Below the pieces are notes generated by a model. The model saw nothing but the letters and a program-made list of their open reading frames with translations. It was not told where the DNA came from and did not search any database. Positions 20,082 through 30,052 of a stretch of 64,000 nt of DNA are shown piece by piece (the stretch's first letter is position 1; every line of letters begins with the position of its first letter). Location: the IMG/VR virus record IMGVR_UViG_3300017989_000003, positions 6,606-70,605 of that record; one strand, 5' to 3'. The position numbers and the translations under genes were made by a program. This stretch comes from a virus.

Positions 20082-23000
20082 ATGTTAAAGATAGAAGTTA
20101 CAACGCCAAACGTAGTAAATAACGTAGTTTTCGGAGAAAATGTTGAGTTATCGTACTTATTATACGATGCCTCATACAGTCTTTGTGATTTGTCTGTAGA
20201 GTATAGCATTAATTCAGGTCTTACGTGGAATGCTTGTACGCCAAATTTACTAAATCCTTTGCATGAGAATCCAGCCAATTTAACCTCGTCTCCGTCAGGT
20301 GTTAAACATTTTTTCGTATGGGAGTCTCCGACTGATATACCTAGTACCGGCTCTGTTAGGATTAGAATTCAAGCTACTAATTTACCTAGTAATCAGGCTA
20401 TAACTGACTTATTCCAAGTTGATAATATACACGCTATTGTGTTGGTTGCAACACCCGATAAATTACAGACAGGTAGTTTTACTATTGGCTATACTGTATA
20501 TAACTATTCTGGAGATGACGCTGATATTGTTTGTTATTACTCAAAAGACGGAGGCTATAACTGGTGGGAAGCTAAGGAAGATGTGAGTATTGGCGATGGA
20601 GTTGAAAATTTAAGTACGTCTGTAGATGGTGATACCCATTTATTTGGGTGGGATAGTGCTGAGGATATTCCTGTTGGGTCTGTATATGTTAAAATTGAGC
20701 CCTCTAATTCGAGTACATCCGAGATTGGGTATTCTGGCTCATCTGAAGAATTTTTTGTAAATAATACGACTTCTTGGCTTGAGAAGAAAGTACCATTTAC
20801 ATTATTTGCTCTTGACCCTGATGATGTACTTAAATTCTACATTAATATATTGGACTTTGAACGGGCGCATAACACTGAGATAACCACCTCACTAATAGAG
20901 CTTTTGGACCCACTAAAATGCCCTGAACAGTATTTGAATGTATTAGGGGATACTCTGGGGGTGAGACTAGACGGTGAAGCTCCAACTGATATAAAACGTA
21001 GGCAGATAGCGTCTGCGGTATTATGGTACAAAGAAAAAGGTACTTTATCAGCGTTCGAAGCATTTTTCATGACATTGGGTTATAAAATAGATGTGTACGA
21101 AGTAACTACGGATGGTAAAGATTGTGATACTGATTTTGTAAGTAGTAATTGGTATAAGACGGCTAGACTTAGACTAACGTTTCTAAAGTATGATGATGAC
21201 GCATGGATAGAGCCATGGGAAACAGAAGAATTGATGTCGCTTCTTGAGGAAGTTAGACCAATTCATGACCTTATAACAACATATAACTGGGGATTTGATT
21301 TTAGCGAAGTACTCTTGTTTGATGATGATAACGAAAAAGACGTGCTTGTAGATAGATTGAGTTACATAGCAGACGAGTGGATTAACCCACCTTTGGAGAT
21401 AGAGCTATTTGATGCATGGTTTGGGGATGGTATTCTGGCTACGTTCGCTGGTATAATACCATTACCAGCTGGTGTACAAATTTTACCTGAGTCACTCCAA
21501 GTGTTTGCCACTGGTGTTGGTAATCAGCCAATGATTGGTACTGATGACGGTCTTGGTATAATTGATGGGGCGTATATAATAAACGGAACTATTGACTACG
21601 TCACTGGGTCGATTTTTGTACTATTTGGCGTTGCTCCAGATATTGGGGCTGAGGTTACTATAAAATATTCGTTGGATTCGTCTTATTACAGTTATCCGAT
21701 TGATGCCCCCCATCATTACTACACTAGAGATGGAAATTCGTTACTTGTTCGCGATAGGGCGTGGTTAACGCAAGTAGCTCCGTTTGACGTGACTGTTGGG
21801 GTTATTGATAGCGTAGGAACGCTTTTACCTGCTACTGCTAGTAGAATGGGGGTATTGATTGATATATTTCAAACTAGCTCTAATCGTAAAGTAGCCACTG
21901 TCTGTGAATATGATAACGGTAATTTACGTAATGTCGAGAATGTCATCCATAATGACATAAACGATTATTTACTATTAGCGAATACTGTTGGTGGTGTCCC
22001 TGTTTATGGCGGAAACTTAAATAACAATGTTATCCCAAGTTCTGTAATCATGTCTATAGATGAGTTATGGGCGTATGATGACGGAAATGGGGTCTTATCT
22101 GGCTCTGGTAACATAAGTGGTGTACCTACAGATTTAACTGGTACTATTACGTATGATACAGGAGCTATTTCTGTTACGCTTAATCCTGCCCCTGGTGTTG
22201 CCGGCATTCCAATAAATATAAATTACAAAACTTACGAATATTTTGTTACAGGTACTGGTGGAGCTATGCCTGCGGTGTTGTACACCACAGATTTCACAAA
22301 TATAGAGCCAGGAACGGTGAGAATATTTTCTCGGGACGGAGAGTTGGCTTCAGATGATACGGTAGGCAACATAACAGGCAGTGGAATCACGGGTACAATA
22401 AACTACGCTACTGGTGCGATGAATCTTAGTTTTGCTTCATCCGTGCTAAATTGGAATTATGGAGTCCAATACCGTATTTATCCATTACGTGTTGATGAGG
22501 GTTTATCGAGACTTAACCGGGGTATGCAGAGTGTTATAGCTACAGGAGATGGTGTTTCAACTATATTTCGTTCTACGCTTGACCCTAATGGAGTTCCAGT
22601 CTCGCTAGGGAGTTTATTATCTCCAATACCTATACTTCCAGGTTCATTTTATGTTAAATCAGCTCTAAATTCTGGAAGGAGTGATACTACACAGCCTTTT
22701 GGTAACGTAGTTGGTAGTATAACTGGGACAATCGAGTGGTCGTCAGGATTCTATGAGTTAGTATTTGCAGTAGCCCCAGCTGACGGTGAGGAAATAGTAG
22801 CGGGATGGGAGAGTAACTACCTTAATTTGGTGTTTGAGCAACCATTCGACCAAAGTTTGTACAATGTACAAGTACGTAATTCGTGGAATACTATTGATAG
22901 TAATTATGACCAGGCTAATAGTCATCATTACACTCGCGATAGCTATAATTATTCATACTCGAAGCCGTTTATAGGGCGTGAGGGTCACGCTCATAATATA

Positions 23001-23405
23001 GGAATTGGGGATGGTTTTACTCCTTTGTTTACCGGAACATTACCGAATACACCTGTTTTGCCGAATTCTGTGACTGTATTAGTTTGGTGTGAGAACAAAC
23101 AAATGTTACCTCATCAGTCACTTATTCCAGTACAAGTTTTAGCCTATGATGATGGCGCGAATAATATTATTGGAATGGACGATGACCTAGCGCCTGTATG
23201 GGGTACAATAAACTATTTGACGGGTGCTATCACTGTTAATTTTAGTTTTGGTAATATGTGCGTACCAATTTCTGGAGCTAATGTCGTGGTACATTACTCG
23301 ACACAGGTTGACGGAGCACTTCAGGAAATAGGGTGGAATCACTGGAAGAAAAAAGGAAGTAGATTATCCATTTTACGTAATTCAGTTTTATTCTATAATG
23401 GGTAG
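20082..23405 (+). CDS. Baseplate protein with a P2 gpI/gp7-like core, N-terminal Ig-like domains and five GTIxYxTG domains
   Basis: LDPLKCPEQYLNVLGDTLGV...RRQIASAVLWYKEKGT. The N-terminal YSINSGLTW / YSKDGGYNW segments are duplicated. Confidence 0.75.
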   Translation: MLKIEVTTPNVVNNVVFGENVELSYLLYDASYSLCDLSVEYSINSGLTWNACTPNLLNPLHENPANLTSSPSGVKHFFVWESPTDIPSTGSVRIRIQATNLPSNQAITDLFQVDNIHAIVLVATPDKLQTGSFTIGYTVYNYSGDDADIVCYYSKDGGYNWWEAKEDVSIGDGVENLSTSVDGDTHLFGWDSAEDIPVGSVYVKIEPSNSSTSEIGYSGSSEEFFVNNTTSWLEKKVPFTLFALDPDDVLKFYINILDFERAHNTEITTSLIELLDPLKCPEQYLNVLGDTLGVRLDGEAPTDIKRRQIASAVLWYKEKGTLSAFEAFFMTLGYKIDVYEVTTDGKDCDTDFVSSNWYKTARLRLTFLKYDDDAWIEPWETEELMSLLEEVRPIHDLITTYNWGFDFSEVLLFDDDNEKDVLVDRLSYIADEWINPPLEIELFDAWFGDGILATFAGIIPLPAGVQILPESLQVFATGVGNQPMIGTDDGLGIIDGAYIINGTIDYVTGSIFVLFGVAPDIGAEVTIKYSLDSSYYSYPIDAPHHYYTRDGNSLLVRDRAWLTQVAPFDVTVGVIDSVGTLLPATASRMGVLIDIFQTSSNRKVATVCEYDNGNLRNVENVIHNDINDYLLLANTVGGVPVYGGNLNNNVIPSSVIMSIDELWAYDDGNGVLSGSGNISGVPTDLTGTITYDTGAISVTLNPAPGVAGIPININYKTYEYFVTGTGGAMPAVLYTTDFTNIEPGTVRIFSRDGELASDDTVGNITGSGITGTINYATGAMNLSFASSVLNWNYGVQYRIYPLRVDEGLSRLNRGMQSVIATGDGVSTIFRSTLDPNGVPVSLGSLLSPIPILPGSFYVKSALNSGRSDTTQPFGNVVGSITGTIEWSSGFYELVFAVAPADGEEIVAGWESNYLNLVFEQPFDQSLYNVQVRNSWNTIDSNYDQANSHHYTRDSYNYSYSKPFIGREGHAHNIGIGDGFTPLFTGTLPNTPVLPNSVTVLVWCENKQMLPHQSLIPVQVLAYDDGANNIIGMDDDLAPVWGTINYLTGAITVNFSFGNMCVPISGANVVVHYSTQVDGALQEIGWNHWKKKGSRLSILRNSVLFYNG

Positions 23406-23423
23406 TATATACGGGAGATAAAA

Positions 23424-24569
23424 ATGCAAAGAGTAAACAAAGTAGTAGACTATATTCCATTCAGGGGAATTTTCGAAATTCTTAGGTACAAAGAGGATGG
23501 TAAGACGTTACTACATAAGCCATACCGTGACCCTAACACAATTGTTAATATAGGTCGACAGTTTATTCGCGGTATGCTGGCATCATCATCTACATGGAGT
23601 AATTTTCCTACTGTAGGAACCTCCTGGGGAGATATGCAGCCATTGGCTAATAACGATTTATTCATAAGTCGTATGAAGCTGGGTATGTCTTCGATATCTG
23701 CGTCTCCAGTTGACGAAGAACTTATATCACCTATAGGCGATAATATAGCTAAAGAGAATCTCGCTACTGGTGATGGTGCCACAACGGTGTTTGCTCCTGC
23801 TGCACTTGTTGGCGCTCCTGTTCGGAAGACTTTAGTAATATCAACTTGGGTTAGGTTAACTGCTACAGTAAAAACGTATCTTTATGCGGTGGATGACGGC
23901 AATGGTAATATTTTTGGCAGCAAAGATGTGTTTGTAACTGGTACTGGTTGGGTATCGACTTCTGTAACAGGAACTATTGATTACACGACCAAGCTTATAA
24001 ACTTAACTTATTCCCATGCTCCATGGGCTGGTGATAATATCGATGTGACATATGAGACAGCAGTTACAGCTGTTGACGTATTTGCAGCCGGAGGTGTTTC
24101 TTATAGTAATAATTTCGGTGTTTTACCTATTGGTCATAGGTCGCTTACTATTGTGGCTTCTGGCGGTGGTGGCGGTGGTACTGTAGGATTCGCATCTGAC
24201 GTAGGGTCAGGTATTATCCAGGGAACGTTTTTAATAGGCGGTGTGACACTAGTTAATGTTACTGGAACTATAGAGTACACAACTGGTTCGTTGGTTCTTA
24301 ACTTTTCTGTTCCGTTACCGCCAGGTGTTAATTTCGCATTTGGATACCGTGTTGACTGGTCTCATTCTGTATCGACTTACTTTCCTAGTCCATATACCGT
24401 AAGGTTTGAAGTCACATTAGGGGCTGCGGACTTTGCTGGCTATAGATTTGCGGAAGAAGGTATTTTTACGGATTCTACGCTAGACTTAATGCTAGCTAGA
24501 AAAGCTTTTACGCCCTTTGAAAAGGGTGTTGGTGAGATAACTGTGTTTAGACATTCTATTCTGTTTTAA
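23424..24569 (+). CDS. Baseplate / tail-fibre attachment protein
   Basis: The N-terminal NTIVNIGRQFIR...MKLG and C-terminal EEGIF...MLARKAF...K are typical of fibre-attachment proteins. Two GTI(D/E)YTT domains are inserted. Confidence 0.6.
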   Translation: MQRVNKVVDYIPFRGIFEILRYKEDGKTLLHKPYRDPNTIVNIGRQFIRGMLASSSTWSNFPTVGTSWGDMQPLANNDLFISRMKLGMSSISASPVDEELISPIGDNIAKENLATGDGATTVFAPAALVGAPVRKTLVISTWVRLTATVKTYLYAVDDGNGNIFGSKDVFVTGTGWVSTSVTGTIDYTTKLINLTYSHAPWAGDNIDVTYETAVTAVDVFAAGGVSYSNNFGVLPIGHRSLTIVASGGGGGGTVGFASDVGSGIIQGTFLIGGVTLVNVTGTIEYTTGSLVLNFSVPLPPGVNFAFGYRVDWSHSVSTYFPSPYTVRFEVTLGAADFAGYRFAEEGIFTDSTLDLMLARKAFTPFEKGVGEITVFRHSILF

Positions 24570-24574
24570 GGGGA

Positions 24575-27403
24575 TTGATTATGACTTTTCCCATTGCTAG
24601 ACTTGATTTAACAGCAGCTGGTGGTGAGTTCTGCATAAATAATGGGGTTGATTATTACGGTTCAAATACTCCGTATGATGAGAATTCTGACAACCATCCT
24701 ATACGTACATTAACCGCTAGAACTACGTTAATCGCTAATCGGGTTGACTCTCTTATCGACTTTATAGATAACGCCTTAAATGGTTCTGAAATACGCGGTA
24801 GTAGCGACCCTGGTACGTCTGATGTAACCGATAGTGTAGATACACTTGAGAAATTTTTGGCTGTATCGCATAATGCAGATGGTTCTATAAAGAAATCTGC
24901 TATTGGTGATATTCACCCTCCTGTTACCGAAGCAGCTGGAAATAGCTCAGCTTTGAAAATTTTTGTTGGTTCTCAGAAAATAAAATTGGAAGCTGGCATA
25001 GGTAACAATAAAGTGGCATATTCTACCGACGCGAGATTTGCTTACTTTGATGCTGTAATAGCTCCTTCTGGCTCACAATCTCGTGTTAATTCACCAGGAG
25101 TATTACCCCCAGCACCTTTTACTTATCACGAGTCGATTCCTTTTGTTGAAGGGATAACTTATTACACTTCTCTGGAAACTGCTCTTGATGCTGGAGCGAG
25201 AAGAATACTAGCATTAGAGGGTACATTTGTTGAGTCTACTTTAACTGGTGTTTACGACCTAGGGAGTAGGGATTTGTATTTGTATGGAATCGAGGAAGGG
25301 GCAGTAGTCGTAAAGTTACCTAATGGTACTACCCAATTCGATAACGGCTCAGTGATTCTGGAGAATATAAAAATTCAGGCTATAAGTGGAACAGCTACTG
25401 TTTCTATTACAGGAGCTAATGACTTAAAAATGTATTCATCAGTTGGAGATGCGAATACCGTGTTGTCGGTTGCATCTGGCAGGTGTGAAATAAACGACTC
25501 TGAGGTACGTAAATTATCTCTTAATAGTTCAAGTAATTGTACTATTACGGCATCATCGTTATTTACTGTGGTAGCCACTAATATTGATACAACTGTATTT
25601 ACGAATTGTGGGATAGGTGACATCACCTTTTTTGGAACTGCTAATTTTGTTAATTTTGTAGACACAGCTATTTATGTCTATAGTTCTGATTTGGCGTTAG
25701 CTACCGCGTATTTTAAGTTTGACAAATGTTATATAGAGGTAATGTTAGCGGGTAAGTCTGACTTCTTTTCATTTCTTACGTGTAATATAATAACTAGTTT
25801 GACTTTTGTTACGGCTATAACGAACGTGATAATGAGTAATTGCGACGTTGATGCAACTGTATCGTTTGCTGGTGATGTTACTGCATTGATTTTGGATAAT
25901 AACGTATTTAACGATACTGTGTCGAATGCGGCGTTAATGTCAATAAACTACTTTAGGTTCGATACGAACACGTTTAACGCAGTTGTTTCTATAGTTAGAT
26001 TACTCAATGGGTCAGTGTCTGGTAATGCATTTAACAATGATTTCGAGTGTACTGACTGGATATCAGATGTAGATTTTTCCGGCAATGATTTTGCTTCTGA
26101 CTTTTTATTTGATTGTGACCTATCGAATATAGTACTAAATGGGAATGACTTTGCTGAGGGTATTAAGTTTGTAAAGTCTGGAAGTTCAATTGACAGTCTG
26201 TCTATTGGTGACAATAAGCTTAATGACAAATACATCGGAGTTTCGGGGTTGGGATGGGTCGATAGCGCTACAAATGTGATTATTCACGATATATTTGACC
26301 TCCTAGGTGTGTATTTTCTAGGAGATGCTGTCACTGGAGAGACTATAAGTTTGTTTACTGTTAGGAATTGTGTTATAACGAATCCAAATGTTAACGAAGG
26401 TATTGTGTTGGCTAATGTAGCGGATATTAGCTCGATAAATATTGATGCAGTTAGCCTTAACACTAGTGTTACAGGAGCGTGTCGTATAATAATTAGCTCT
26501 GTAGCTAATCTGTACACAACATGGAGTGATATCTACATTACTAACACTACACATAATGGTGCTCCAGCGGCTAGTGCGCACATTATTGACCTTAACGAGG
26601 TAGTTGAACTCTATAATTATCATATTCTGAATTGTAGCGGTCTTAACTCGCATATTAGTGTAAGTACTTACTACAGTGGTGTAGTGCAGCCTAGAGTGTT
26701 ATCTCAGCATAACGTTGATGGGTGTTTTAATTGCGCTTACTACGTGGATTTTGCGGGAGTTCCTGCACATTCTGGAAATCATCTGGCTATGGCTAACATT
26801 ATAATGAGCTCGTGTAGGTATTTGGATAATCTTACGTATTTCTTCAAAGCTGACGTAACTGATGTATTTGAACAAAGTTACTTAACTGGAGACTTTTCAG
26901 ATATATCAGGTACATTTGATATTACTGATAGTCAGAGTCCTATTAATTTGAATTTTGCAAATGTTGTCAATGTTAATCTGGACATTTCTGATATAAAAGT
27001 TATTGCGATGCTGGGAGACGCTACAATTACGAATCACGCGTTTTTGATGCGGCATATTAATTCCGATGCGGTGTTAACTAATATTTCGATAAATGACATA
27101 CATGTAATGATTCGAGATGATTGGACAGGTATAGAAACATGTCTTGTAAGTCATGACAGGACTGTTGGTGCGGCTGCTCCAGAGTCTTTATGGTTTATGA
27201 GAGAATGTCACGTTCAGCGTAAGTACGGCTCCACTACGTATAATATAGGAACGTTTGCTTTTGCTGTTAATACAGCTGCTGCGGCAAAGAAAAGATACTT
27301 TTCTGGGTATGATGTAGCGGGGTTAGGTGCTCCTCTTTATGCTGAAGACGAGACTGGCTCAACTAACAAGGCTTACCTCATGAATTTGTATGTCTTCCCA
27401 TAA
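24575..27403 (+). CDS. Tail fibre/spike with a right-handed beta-helix
   Basis: N-terminal LEKFLAVSHNADGSIK anchor, then Asn/Ile/Val/Phe-rich short repeats (e.g. SGNDF, NGNDF, DNNVF). Last gene of the tail module; start may be ATG 24581. Confidence 0.7.
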   Translation: MIMTFPIARLDLTAAGGEFCINNGVDYYGSNTPYDENSDNHPIRTLTARTTLIANRVDSLIDFIDNALNGSEIRGSSDPGTSDVTDSVDTLEKFLAVSHNADGSIKKSAIGDIHPPVTEAAGNSSALKIFVGSQKIKLEAGIGNNKVAYSTDARFAYFDAVIAPSGSQSRVNSPGVLPPAPFTYHESIPFVEGITYYTSLETALDAGARRILALEGTFVESTLTGVYDLGSRDLYLYGIEEGAVVVKLPNGTTQFDNGSVILENIKIQAISGTATVSITGANDLKMYSSVGDANTVLSVASGRCEINDSEVRKLSLNSSSNCTITASSLFTVVATNIDTTVFTNCGIGDITFFGTANFVNFVDTAIYVYSSDLALATAYFKFDKCYIEVMLAGKSDFFSFLTCNIITSLTFVTAITNVIMSNCDVDATVSFAGDVTALILDNNVFNDTVSNAALMSINYFRFDTNTFNAVVSIVRLLNGSVSGNAFNNDFECTDWISDVDFSGNDFASDFLFDCDLSNIVLNGNDFAEGIKFVKSGSSIDSLSIGDNKLNDKYIGVSGLGWVDSATNVIIHDIFDLLGVYFLGDAVTGETISLFTVRNCVITNPNVNEGIVLANVADISSINIDAVSLNTSVTGACRIIISSVANLYTTWSDIYITNTTHNGAPAASAHIIDLNEVVELYNYHILNCSGLNSHISVSTYYSGVVQPRVLSQHNVDGCFNCAYYVDFAGVPAHSGNHLAMANIIMSSCRYLDNLTYFFKADVTDVFEQSYLTGDFSDISGTFDITDSQSPINLNFANVVNVNLDISDIKVIAMLGDATITNHAFLMRHINSDAVLTNISINDIHVMIRDDWTGIETCLVSHDRTVGAAAPESLWFMRECHVQRKYGSTTYNIGTFAFAVNTAAAAKKRYFSGYDVAGLGAPLYAEDETGSTNKAYLMNLYVFP

Positions 27404-27443
27404 TTGTAAAGTAAAAATTTTACATAATTTTTGCAAAAAGTGC

Positions 27444-27472
27444 TTGACAACACCCTGTTAACGGATTATACT
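27444..27472 (+). promoter_or_regulatory. Consensus sigma70 promoter of the replication module
   Basis: TTGACA (27444-49), 17 nt, TATACT (27467-72), with an AT-rich UP element upstream. Confidence 0.9.
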
Positions 27473-27498
27473 CTATGTAAAACATAAGAGGATTTTAT

Positions 27499-27912
27499 AT
27501 GTCGTTAACTGCTAGGAAATTTAACAAATTGGTAGAAAAAGCTAAAAAAGACGAGGATGTTCTTGTTCGGTCTACGCATGAGTCTGCCGTATTATACGGA
27601 GTTTCATACAAGGATATGTCTCGAATAAGAAGTAAAGTTCGTTTTATCGTGGGAACAGTTAAGAGTGTAGAGCATTTGAGAGAGTTGGATAAGAAGCGGC
27701 GTATTAACCGTATTGAGAGAAATTTACAAGGTGTTAACGAAACATACCCTGGTATGTTAGCTTATATCTACACTGGTGAGGTTCTCGCGGCTATAGGTAG
27801 AAAATATAATATATCAAGGCAACGTGTCCATCAAATTAAGACGCAACTCGACGAGCTTATCGAAGAGAAGGGTCTTGTCTACGTACGTCATAATGTAATT
27901 TACAAAAAGTAA
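27499..27912 (+). CDS. HTH DNA-binding protein (sigma region 4-like)
   Basis: LAAIGRKYNISRQRVHQIK helix-turn-helix. RBS GAGG. Confidence 0.75.
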   Translation: MSLTARKFNKLVEKAKKDEDVLVRSTHESAVLYGVSYKDMSRIRSKVRFIVGTVKSVEHLRELDKKRRINRIERNLQGVNETYPGMLAYIYTGEVLAAIGRKYNISRQRVHQIKTQLDELIEEKGLVYVRHNVIYKK

Positions 27913-27918
27913 CTAACA

Positions 27919-29451
27919 ATGCAGAAGAATAAGTACAAATTTAGTGTCGGAGCGGCTACGACTAAGCTTACGCGTGGTGACCATCGTGTAGTTAATCGGT
28001 GTTTACGGGTTTTGAAAGATGATAAGTATGATAGAAAATTTGGAGGCGGAGGTCTCTCATACGTTAGTTTTTTCAATATAGAGAAGAAGAGTTTTCCGAC
28101 GGGTTTACTTCTTTATGTTACGGAGTTTCTTAAGAAACATGTCGATAATGTGTCTATAACCATTAATGATACTGTCGTAAAGCCAGAATTGGGTTCTATT
28201 GACAAAGATATCCTTCCTGGAATAACTCTTTATGATTATCAGGTAGCTACAGCTAATAAAGCTCTAGAATGTCAAAGGGGTACAATTATTGCTGCTACTG
28301 GTTCTGGTAAGACTGTAATAATGATGGCTATTCTGGCTGAGTTGTCATTCCATAAACTGAAAACTCTTATCATAGTCCCAACGACGAATATATTGCTTAA
28401 TACAGCCCAAAATATTAGAGATAAGCTTGATATAGATGTGGGTATGTACGGCGATAAATTTCACGATATTAAGGATGTTACGGTAATAACAAACCAATCT
28501 CTTGATGCTTATCTCAGGGGTAGCCATTATAAATCAAATCTTCCTATATTCGAAGCTAAAGTATCGCTTGCTCGAGATGACGCCTTAGGAAAATATGTAG
28601 CTAGCTGTGACGCTATTATGGTAGATGAGGTTCACTTATCTACTGCACCAGCGTGGTATAATGCGTGTATGCTTTGTAATGGCTGGTTTAGGATAGGTTT
28701 AACTGGTACTGTGGATAGTACAAATGAGGAAAGAATGTTCAGGTTAAGAGCAGCTACCGGTGATATTATAACTGAAATAACTGCTGATAGTCTTATAAAT
28801 TCAGGTCATTTGGCTAAGCCGTATATCCACGCTGTGATTGACCAAGAAGTTTATAGTGGGTACAATATCCCTGATTTTACAGTAGACCTAGATGGTGGAG
28901 CTTTCTACCATAAATTATACAATTTGTCTACAGTCGAGAATGTACAGTATAACACTAAAATTGTTGATTTAATCGAGGTTTTGTATACTTATGGTCAGGC
29001 TGTGTTGATACTCACAAATCGTAAAAAGCAATTAAGTTTATTGTCTCAGTTACTAAGTGAGCGCGATATTGAGTTTTTTATGTTAAGTGGCGATACACCG
29101 TTAGGTGTACGTGCTGAGGCTGTTGAGGTTGTTGAGCGCGACGGACATGGTGTAATTCTAGCTACTAAGATATTCGATATAGGCGTGGATATTCCTGCAT
29201 TAAATTCGGTAATACTTACAGCTGGTGGAAGGGCTGAGATATCCACAAGACAGAGAATAGGTAGGGGGTTAAGAGCGAAACCAGGTGAGAATGTAGTACA
29301 TATTTACGATTTTATGAATGTATCACACACATTGTTGGCAAAACATTCTCTACAGCGTTGGGAGATATATGAGGCAGAGAAGTTTACGATTATTCCTGAA
29401 GATAACTTCGAAGAAATGCTGGATGATATTAGAGGATTAACAGATGGATAG
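27919..29451 (+). CDS. Superfamily 2 DNA helicase (UvsW-like)
   Basis: AATGSGKT, DEVH, GLTGT, FDIGVDIP and QRIGRGLR motifs. Confidence 0.93.
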   Translation: MQKNKYKFSVGAATTKLTRGDHRVVNRCLRVLKDDKYDRKFGGGGLSYVSFFNIEKKSFPTGLLLYVTEFLKKHVDNVSITINDTVVKPELGSIDKDILPGITLYDYQVATANKALECQRGTIIAATGSGKTVIMMAILAELSFHKLKTLIIVPTTNILLNTAQNIRDKLDIDVGMYGDKFHDIKDVTVITNQSLDAYLRGSHYKSNLPIFEAKVSLARDDALGKYVASCDAIMVDEVHLSTAPAWYNACMLCNGWFRIGLTGTVDSTNEERMFRLRAATGDIITEITADSLINSGHLAKPYIHAVIDQEVYSGYNIPDFTVDLDGGAFYHKLYNLSTVENVQYNTKIVDLIEVLYTYGQAVLILTNRKKQLSLLSQLLSERDIEFFMLSGDTPLGVRAEAVEVVERDGHGVILATKIFDIGVDIPALNSVILTAGGRAEISTRQRIGRGLRAKPGENVVHIYDFMNVSHTLLAKHSLQRWEIYEAEKFTIIPEDNFEEMLDDIRGLTDG

Positions 29452-30052
29452 GAAGTTGCTGAGTACTATACGTAGTGCTGCTTTTGCGTATTGTGAATGC
29501 TCAGATAAGTATTTTGGGCATGGAGTGCGCAATATGCGCGATGATTCTGTTAAGATTAAATATTTCTCAGATGTTTCGGAATATTGCATCGAGAACTTAA
29601 TTGATGTAGCTCTATTTGTTGAAGCTCAGTTTTATTGTCTTACTGATTTTTTCAAAAGTAAAGGTGTCAGGAGTCTACCAGTTAATACCATAAATGATAG
29701 TGCTAAAGCTATCGAGAGATATAACCGGTTTTTATCCGATAATCTGGAAATAAGTGGTACTTACTCACAGTCTGAGAAATCTTTAGTTAACGACGACCCT
29801 GACAAAAATAGCCAGAAGTTAGCTTTGTTTGAGTATGTATTATCTTTACTACGTGGTAATAGTAAAGTTAAGTCTGCTAAGATAGCGCAAAATATTTATA
29901 GCAAATTTAAGGTGACAATAGACAGAGATACTGCGCTAGATGTTATTACGAAAGTATGCCCCACTATGGTTAGTAATATTACGTTTGAAGATGGGTGGGA
30001 TTGGGAAGATTTGCGCCAATTTCTTATTGACCTAGGAGTTTTACATGGATAA
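29444..30052 (+). CDS. Hypothetical protein
   Basis: 202-aa ORF with coupled overlaps to both neighbouring helicase genes; no motif recognised. Confidence 0.7.
   Translation: MDRKLLSTIRSAAFAYCECSDKYFGHGVRNMRDDSVKIKYFSDVSEYCIENLIDVALFVEAQFYCLTDFFKSKGVRSLPVNTINDSAKAIERYNRFLSDNLEISGTYSQSEKSLVNDDPDKNSQKLALFEYVLSLLRGNSKVKSAKIAQNIYSKFKVTIDRDTALDVITKVCPTMVSNITFEDGWDWEDLRQFLIDLGVLHG

Noticed and set aside
1-27403. Bacterial extracellular contractile injection system or archaeal virus instead of a phage
   Set aside because: The tail genes are contiguous with terminase, portal and a full replisome, and the promoters are sigma70-type rather than TATA/BRE.
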